A DNA stretch of 64,000 nt from Eledone cirrhosa (lineage: Eukaryota), in contig OZ024740.1 of the NCBI GenBank assembly GCA_964016885.1, positions 164,734,001-164,798,000 on the forward strand, written 5' to 3'. The notes under the pieces were generated by a model. The model searched no databases and had not been told where the DNA came from. It was given only the letters and a program-made list of their open reading frames with translations. Made by a program: the position numbers and the translations under genes. This document shows positions 58,091 through 64,000 of the stretch, in pieces (within the stretch, counting starts at the first letter, position 1; each line of letters opens with the position of its first letter).

Positions 58091-59722
58091 TGCATTTATC
58101 TTGCTTTATGTTTATACGAGTTATCACCAAGTCACAACCAGTGACCTCAAGAGACAACAAGGTCCGCCATGTTCAAGAAAGAACACACATATTCACACAT
58201 GCATCCTTAGTGTTTAGACTTGTGATGTACTTATATTGACAGGATCTTCCTTAGTATATGGGCAGTTCCGATTAGTACTATCTTTTGTATTTCCCCTATA
58301 CGCGGGTTTCCTGGGATTTGCGATAAGTAGTCGTTAGACCCCTTAGGTATCATTCCCAGAGCGCCTACAACCACTGGTATTGTTTTAGTTCTCAATTTCC
58401 ACATTTTTCCAATTTCTATCTCCAGGTCCTTATACTTGCTCAATTTTTCAAATGTTTTTATAGATACATTCTTGTCTATTGGAACAGACATATCAATTAG
58501 CAGGCATACCCTCCTTTGAAAGTCCTTCAATATTATATCAGGTCTATTTGCATCTATTTTTCGGTCTGTTTGGATGCTAAAGTTCCACAAGATTGAGATG
58601 TGATCTTTTTCAAGTATGGGAGGTGGTTGATGCTCCCACCAATTCTTTTGATGGGGCAGGTCAAAATGCTTACACATTATCCAATGTATGTATTGTGCAG
58701 CTCTGTCATGCCTGTTTAGGTATTCGGTTGGAGCTATAGGACTGCACATTGAAATTATATGGTCAATGGTCTCTGGTTGTTTTTTGCATACACGGCATAA
58801 TGGGCTGCACCCATTTTTTATTATGTTGGCTTGGTAATTTTTTGTTGGCAGACACTGATCTTGTGCGGATATAATCAGTCCTTCAGTCTCCGATTTCAGT
58901 CCAGAGGATTCCAACCACTGATGGGTTAAAGTTTTGTCAACATCAGGATTGTTAGCTCGCTCTGGGTATTTTCCATACAGAGGCTTTTCTTGCCATTTCT
59001 TAGCCAGTTTCTGTAGCAGTTCTTTCTTTGCAGTTACTTTTACCTGCTTTGCTTTTTCTGTGTTTTCCATTTCAGCAGTAAATGGGACTTCTGAAATTTG
59101 TAGTCCATTACTGTATCTTTGTGCATCTTTTGTAATGGAATATGATCTTTTGGTGCTTTCGTGTTTCAAAACGAGTTTGATCATCCAATCATGTGATTCC
59201 CTTAGATATGTGGATAATCCAATTGTTGCAGTTTTCAACGCAATGTCTAACTGGATTAACCCACGTCCTCCTTCTTTCCTAGGGAGATAAATTCTATCTA
59301 TGTCTGCCTTAGGGTGATGCATTCTGTACAAGGTTAAGAATTTTCGGATATTTGTATCGAGCCTACGGATCTCTGTGCTTGACCAGTTGATGACATTGTA
59401 ACTGTAGGTTACTACTGGTATGGCAAGCGTGTTTATGGCATCGATCCTATTCCTTGCATTCAATTCTGTTCTTAAGATTGCTCTGACTCTGCGGTAACAT
59501 TCCTTATCCTTTCCCTCATTGTCGAGTGCTTGATTCCGTCTCCTTCACAAACACCTAGATATTTGTAAGTTTGTTCTTGATCAAGCTCTCTTATCACGTT
59601 CCCCCGATCAAGATTAATGTCTGAACTCTTCAGCAGCTTTCCTCTGGTGAACGTTGCTTTGGCGCATTTATCCAGTCCAAACTCCATTTTAATGTCATCA
59701 CTGAACTGCTTCACAGTGGATA
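58091..59722 (-). mobile_element. R4/Dong-like retrotransposon A, 5'-truncated inside RT
   Basis: 59472-59720 has 'MEFGLDKCA...YKYLG'. After a frameshift, ORF 58231-59463 has CCHC 'CRVC...HIISMC', 'RHD' and REL 'RPDIILKD...IDMSVP...EK..KY'. TAA repeats on both sides. Confidence 0.93.
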
Positions 59723-59822
59723 ATATTATTATTATTGTTGTTGTTATTCCTTGAATCTCAGTCATTGATGTTGGTTAACTGGAAAGTCCGTTGGATTGAA
59801 TATCAAGCCACTACCTGCAGCC

Positions 59823-62069
59823 TCAGATATTCAGGACGTATCGGAGGGTTCTTGCTGTTCCAAGCAAGCATGCCTTTTGAAGCGTTCCAAAAAGTGTGAA
59901 GGGGCCGATTTTCTTTAACCATCCCTGGAAACTTTTGGAGATAGTACCTAGTGCGCCTATGACAATCGGGATCACTTTGACTTCATGGCAGTTCCAAATC
60001 CTTTTCACCTCCCACTTTAGGTCCTGGTATCGGTTAATTTTCTCCCTCTCCTTCTCTTGCACTCTCGTGTCGAACGGGCAGGCCACATCCACAATCAGGC
60101 ACGATCTTTTTTCTTTGTCCACAACCACCAGGTCAGGTCTATTGTGTTCCAGTTTTTTGTCCGTCTGTATCCTAAAATCCCACAGCACCTTCACCTGATT
60201 GTTCTCCATCACCGCCTCTGGCCTATGCTCATACCATTTCTCAGAATGTGGTAAATTGTTTACTTTGCACAGGTGCCAGTGGATCACCCTGCCCATCACG
60301 TCGTGTCTCCAGCCCTTATAGTGGGTGTGGGCTAGGTGTTTACACTCGGACACAATGTGAGCCACAGTCTCCTCTCTCTCTCCACAGATCCTGCACAGTG
60401 GGCTAGCCTCCTCCTTGTAGATATGGTGCTTCAACCACTTCGTTTTGAGGGTCTGCTCCTGCGCAGCCATTAGCATTCCTTCTGTAGCCTTTTTGAGGTC
60501 TCCTCTTCTCAACCAGTTCCATGTCTGTGGATCTCTAAATTCAGTTTTCTCAAAGAAGGTACTATAAAGGGATTTTCCCTTAAGGCTGCTCTTCCTCCTT
60601 GATGTTATTTCCTCCTTGGACATCCCCTGGCCTACTGTCCCCTCCTTCAGTACAGTTCTGAGCATTGGCTCCTTACTATAGGTCACGTATTTGTATAGGT
60701 TGTTTTTCTCCATCTGAACACAGTCCTCTATGCTGATAAGACCTCTTCCACCCTCAGATCTCCTTAGGTAGAGTCTATCGACATCACTCCTCTTGTGGAA
60801 CATGTTGTAGATAGTCAATAGCTTCCTAGTCTTCCTATCCATTTCTTTTTGTTCAGCAACATTCCATCTCAGAATTCCCGCACTGTATCTGATAATAGAC
60901 ACAGTTCGGGAATTTACTGCGCTTATGGCATTTCTGCTGTTCAGATGTGACTTCAATACGCTCCTTACTCTCCGAATGTATTCAGTTCTTAACAATTCCT
61001 TCATTTTTTTGTTCTTTATGCCATCAGCCTCCAGAACGCCCAAATACTTGTATTCTTCCTCAGAGTCAATTTCCTTTATCATCTCACCTGTTGGTATATG
61101 GATCCCTTTACTTCTGCTCAACCTACCCCTCTTCATCACAATGACTCCACATTTACCAATACCAAACTGCATACATATATCACTGCTGAAAATACGGACA
61201 GTGTCAACAAGCACATCCAACTCCTTCTCACTTTTCCCGAAGAGCTTAAGATCGTCCATGAAGAGGAGGTGATTGATGGTAAGCTCTCCCCTTCCCAACT
61301 TGTATCCTGCTCTCACTTTTCGCAGCATAATGGTCAAGGGCATCAGGGCAAGGACAAACAACAGAGGGGACAGGCTATCTCCCTGGAAGATACCTCTCTT
61401 GATCTTCACGCTTCCCAAGGATACTCCAGTTGATGTCAACTCTGTCTCCCAGGACCCCATACTCCTGCCTAGCAACTGTCTGATGTTATCTGCCACCCTG
61501 AAGATCTCCAGGCTTTTGGTGATCCAGGAATGAGGCACCATGTCAAATGCCTTTCTGTAGTCTATCCATCCCATGGCAAGATCAGTGTGTCTCCTCCTGC
61601 AATTCCCCATTACCATCTTATCAATAAGTAACTGGTCCTTTGTACCACGTGACTTCTTTCGGCATCCTTTCTGTTCGTCCGGTAACAAGTTGTTTGTGTG
61701 GAGGTGATGGTAGATTTCCTCAGACACAATGCTCGTCAACAGTTTCCACATTACGGACAGACATGTGATAGGTCTATAGTTGGTAACATCATTACCCTTG
61801 ATTCGGTCTTTCATTATCAGAACTGTGGTACCTTTTGTCAACCACTCTGGCACCTCACCCGACACCAAGTAGTCATTGAACATGGCCGTCAGCTTCGGGT
61901 GGAGGGATGTCAAATGTCTAATCCAATACTCCTGCACACCATCTGGGCCTGGTGATTTCCAGTTGGTTAGTTTTTTGGCCTGCCCCTTAAGAGTTTCAAC
62001 TGTGATACTCAAATCAGTTTGTTGCTGTGCCTGCTCACCGATCTCCCTCTGTACTGTCTGGGCATCCAC
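59823..62069 (-). CDS. Reverse transcriptase, CCHC zinc knuckle and restriction-like (PD-D/ExK) endonuclease of element B
   Basis: 'KSPGPDG', 'NYRPITCL', 'QKG', 'IDYRKAFDMVPH', 'GIFQGDSLSPLLF', 'FMDD', 'YKYLG', 'CRIC...HIVSEC', 'RHD', 'RPDLVVVD...VDVACPFD...EK..RY'. Confidence 0.93.
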   Translation of the reverse strand: MDAQTVQREIGEQAQQQTDLSITVETLKGQAKKLTNWKSPGPDGVQEYWIRHLTSLHPKLTAMFNDYLVSGEVPEWLTKGTTVLIMKDRIKGNDVTNYRPITCLSVMWKLLTSIVSEEIYHHLHTNNLLPDEQKGCRKKSRGTKDQLLIDKMVMGNCRRRHTDLAMGWIDYRKAFDMVPHSWITKSLEIFRVADNIRQLLGRSMGSWETELTSTGVSLGSVKIKRGIFQGDSLSPLLFVLALMPLTIMLRKVRAGYKLGRGELTINHLLFMDDLKLFGKSEKELDVLVDTVRIFSSDICMQFGIGKCGVIVMKRGRLSRSKGIHIPTGEMIKEIDSEEEYKYLGVLEADGIKNKKMKELLRTEYIRRVRSVLKSHLNSRNAISAVNSRTVSIIRYSAGILRWNVAEQKEMDRKTRKLLTIYNMFHKRSDVDRLYLRRSEGGRGLISIEDCVQMEKNNLYKYVTYSKEPMLRTVLKEGTVGQGMSKEEITSRRKSSLKGKSLYSTFFEKTEFRDPQTWNWLRRGDLKKATEGMLMAAQEQTLKTKWLKHHIYKEEASPLCRICGEREETVAHIVSECKHLAHTHYKGWRHDVMGRVIHWHLCKVNNLPHSEKWYEHRPEAVMENNQVKVLWDFRIQTDKKLEHNRPDLVVVDKEKRSCLIVDVACPFDTRVQEKEREKINRYQDLKWEVKRIWNCHEVKVIPIVIGALGTISKSFQGWLKKIGPFTLFGTLQKACLLGTARTLRYVLNI

Positions 62070-63217
62070 CCTGCCTGGGCATTGTGTCTAACATCCTGCT
62101 CCCATATTCCTCTCCAGAATGTTTTAGTTTGTTCCGCCCCAGGGATCAAGTCGTTGCCTCTTTCTTTCCCCTCAAGCTGTCCAAACAGCATCTTCTGGTT
62201 GTTGTCGAACATGCGGTTCTGTTTATACTGACTGACTCTGTTCTCGTATCGTCTGATTTTTGCACTCTTTGCTACAATGCGTTGCTTCAATTCCTCTATG
62301 ATAATATTTAGCTTTTTACTCCTAGTTTTGTATTTTCTTTCCAGTCTATTTTTAGTGCCTATGTTTTTTAGTGTCCCATTCATTAGTGACTCAATCTTTC
62401 CTATGTCATTTCTCATTTCCCCGATTTGCCCACTCAGTCGCTTCTTCCACCACGGCTCTGCTCTTTCTTGTCTGTTGTTTCCTCTCGCTTTTATACCAAG
62501 TAGTTTCCTCACCGTATTTGCTGTTGCTTTGAGGATATTGTTGCACTGGTGAAGGTTCCTCGCCTCAAGGTATGGGATGACTTTGTTTACCTTAGCTGTT
62601 GTTTCTTTTAACTTTTTCCTGTCTACAAATCTTAGGTTCATAGGTCTCCCACTATCATTGTTCAATTCATCTACCACTAAATTTAGGATGTCAACCGAAT
62701 CTTGTCCTAGTCCGTCAGCATTCATCTCCTCAGTGGCCGTACCTCTGTTCCAGGTATTATTTATCTCAGTATTCAGATCATTGTCTGCTTCGGGTGGTTC
62801 CTCCGTTCTCAGGACCTCTTCACCTTCATTTCCCACTGGCTCGCTTGTCTGGCATACTACACCCGCCATCTCCAAGCCATTCTCTCTGCTCAGTTGCTCC
62901 AGTTCCAGCTCGCTTATCCACCCATTAGTTCTTATTATCCGAGCCTGCCCGGCCAATTTTTGTTCATCTAATTTAAATAAACCAATCTCGTTCCAGATGT
63001 TATGCATCCGTCTCCTGTAGCCCCTCTCCTTGGGGTTTCTTTTCAGGTAGCATTGCATAACAGTTCTATTCAATTCTTTCGTCCAGTTGGTTCTGGCCCC
63101 TTTCCTTCTTCTTCTTCCTCCAACATCAGCAGTATTTGGTTGACAGTCAGGTTCCTGCTGCTGAGCCAGGGGGCACCTGTTGGGTGAGAGTCTGTCACAT
63201 GACGTTCTAGTCTCCAT
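62009..63217 (-). CDS. N-terminal part of the element B ORF (out of frame with RT)
   Basis: 'RTNWTKELNRTVMQCY...GYRRRMHNIW...LAGQARII' (R4/Dong-type N-terminal Myb-like region), 'PWWKKRL', 'QNRMF', 'FWRGIW'. Overlaps the RT ORF near 62060. Confidence 0.85.
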   Translation of the reverse strand: METRTSCDRLSPNRCPLAQQQEPDCQPNTADVGGRRRRKGARTNWTKELNRTVMQCYLKRNPKERGYRRRMHNIWNEIGLFKLDEQKLAGQARIIRTNGWISELELEQLSRENGLEMAGVVCQTSEPVGNEGEEVLRTEEPPEADNDLNTEINNTWNRGTATEEMNADGLGQDSVDILNLVVDELNNDSGRPMNLRFVDRKKLKETTAKVNKVIPYLEARNLHQCNNILKATANTVRKLLGIKARGNNRQERAEPWWKKRLSGQIGEMRNDIGKIESLMNGTLKNIGTKNRLERKYKTRSKKLNIIIEELKQRIVAKSAKIRRYENRVSQYKQNRMFDNNQKMLFGQLEGKERGNDLIPGAEQTKTFWRGIWEQDVRHNAQAGWMPRQYRGRSVSRHSNKLI

Positions 63218-63294
63218 TTCACCGTTATTCGAACTGTTTATGTTCGATATTTAAACACTCTTATCGAGGATTGGCGAATGTATAGTTACATAGC

Positions 63295-63328
<34 letters not shown>

Positions 63329-63335
63329 GTTATTG

Positions 63336-63551
63336 TTATTCCTTGAATCTCAGTCATTGATGTTGGTTAACTGGAAAGTCCGTTGGATTGAATATCAAGC
63401 CACTACCTGCAGCCTCAGATATTCAGGACGTATCGGAGGGTTCTTGCTGTTCCAAGCAAGCATGCCTTTTGAAGCGTTCCAAAAAGCGTGAAGGGGCCGA
63501 TTTTCTTTGAGCATTCCCTGGAAACCTTTGGAGATAGTCCCCAGTGCGCCG
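63336..63551 (-). mobile_element. Short 5'-truncated 3' end of an element B relative
   Basis: Nearly identical to about 59744-59957 (3' UTR plus last codons 'LQKACLLGTARTLRYVLNI'); bounded by (TAA)n. Confidence 0.93.
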
Positions 63552-63623
<72 letters not shown>

Positions 63624-63702
63624 CCTTACGGGGTCGATAAAATAAAGTACCAGTAATGCACTGAGTAATTGCTGGCCTTGTGCTTGTGCCTAAAGTATAA
63701 AC
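63624..63702 (+). mobile_element. SINE 3' fragment in (TTA)n
   Basis: ccttacggggtcgataaaataaagtaccagtaatgcactg consensus. Confidence 0.8.
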
Positions 63703-64000
63703 AATTATTATTATTATTATCATTATTATTATTATTGTTGGTGAAACCACGCTTCTTATCGCCTCCAGTTTTTTTCAACGTTTTACCTCGTTTTCAACCG
63801 TTCTAAACCTCTTATTCAAGTTTTAAATTTGATAAAAGTTTTAAATAAGTGACCCACCTTATACAGGGTTCACTCGTAAATAATACGGCACCCCTTTACG
63901 GGGTATCGTATTTGTGCAAAAATATTTTTTGAAAAAAAAATTCAACATGGATAACACAAGAAAGAGAGAGAGCGCTGTCAGACAACACAGAGAGAGGAAG

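Larger units (their letters stand above)
59744..63295 (-). mobile_element. R4/Dong-like retrotransposon B, near full length, in (TAA)n
   Basis: One long coding region split by a single frameshift, short UTRs, and TAA/CAA repeats at both ends. Confidence 0.95.

Noticed and set aside
58934-63187. Plus-strand ORFs overlapping the R4 elements
   Set aside because: Antisense shadows of the minus-strand coding frames.
63861-64000. TA-cagggt start resembling a Tc1/mariner terminus
   Set aside because: Runs off the window edge and no partner TIR is visible.

Overview
AT-rich, microsatellite-dense eukaryotic DNA, intergenic or intronic. The repeat complement suggests an octopod or other coleoid cephalopod genome (inference only). 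No host protein-coding gene or RNA gene could be supported, and most ORF-track entries are translations of (TA)n, (CA)n or (CATA)n tracts. The window is a mosaic of mobile elements: (i) a head-to-tail stack of R4/Dong-type RT+REL retrotransposons in a (TAA)n tract at 57.2-63.6 kb, including one near-complete copy; (ii) a second R4-like family flanked by (CATA)n; (iii) Penelope-like element (PLE) fragments with GIY-YIG or RT motifs; (iv) RTE LINE fragments and internally deleted RTE derivatives; (v) many tRNA-derived SINEs; (vi) mariner relics and a hAT-like MITE. The most striking signal is a high density of minimal type I hammerhead ribozyme (HHR) motifs, about 11 well-formed cores from about 6 sequence families. 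They include a 310-bp tandem retrozyme-like repeat whose inverted partial copy ends at the predicted cleavage site, and several HHR-bearing fold-back units sitting in (TA)n tracts. All RNA structures were read by eye and need computational and biochemical confirmation.
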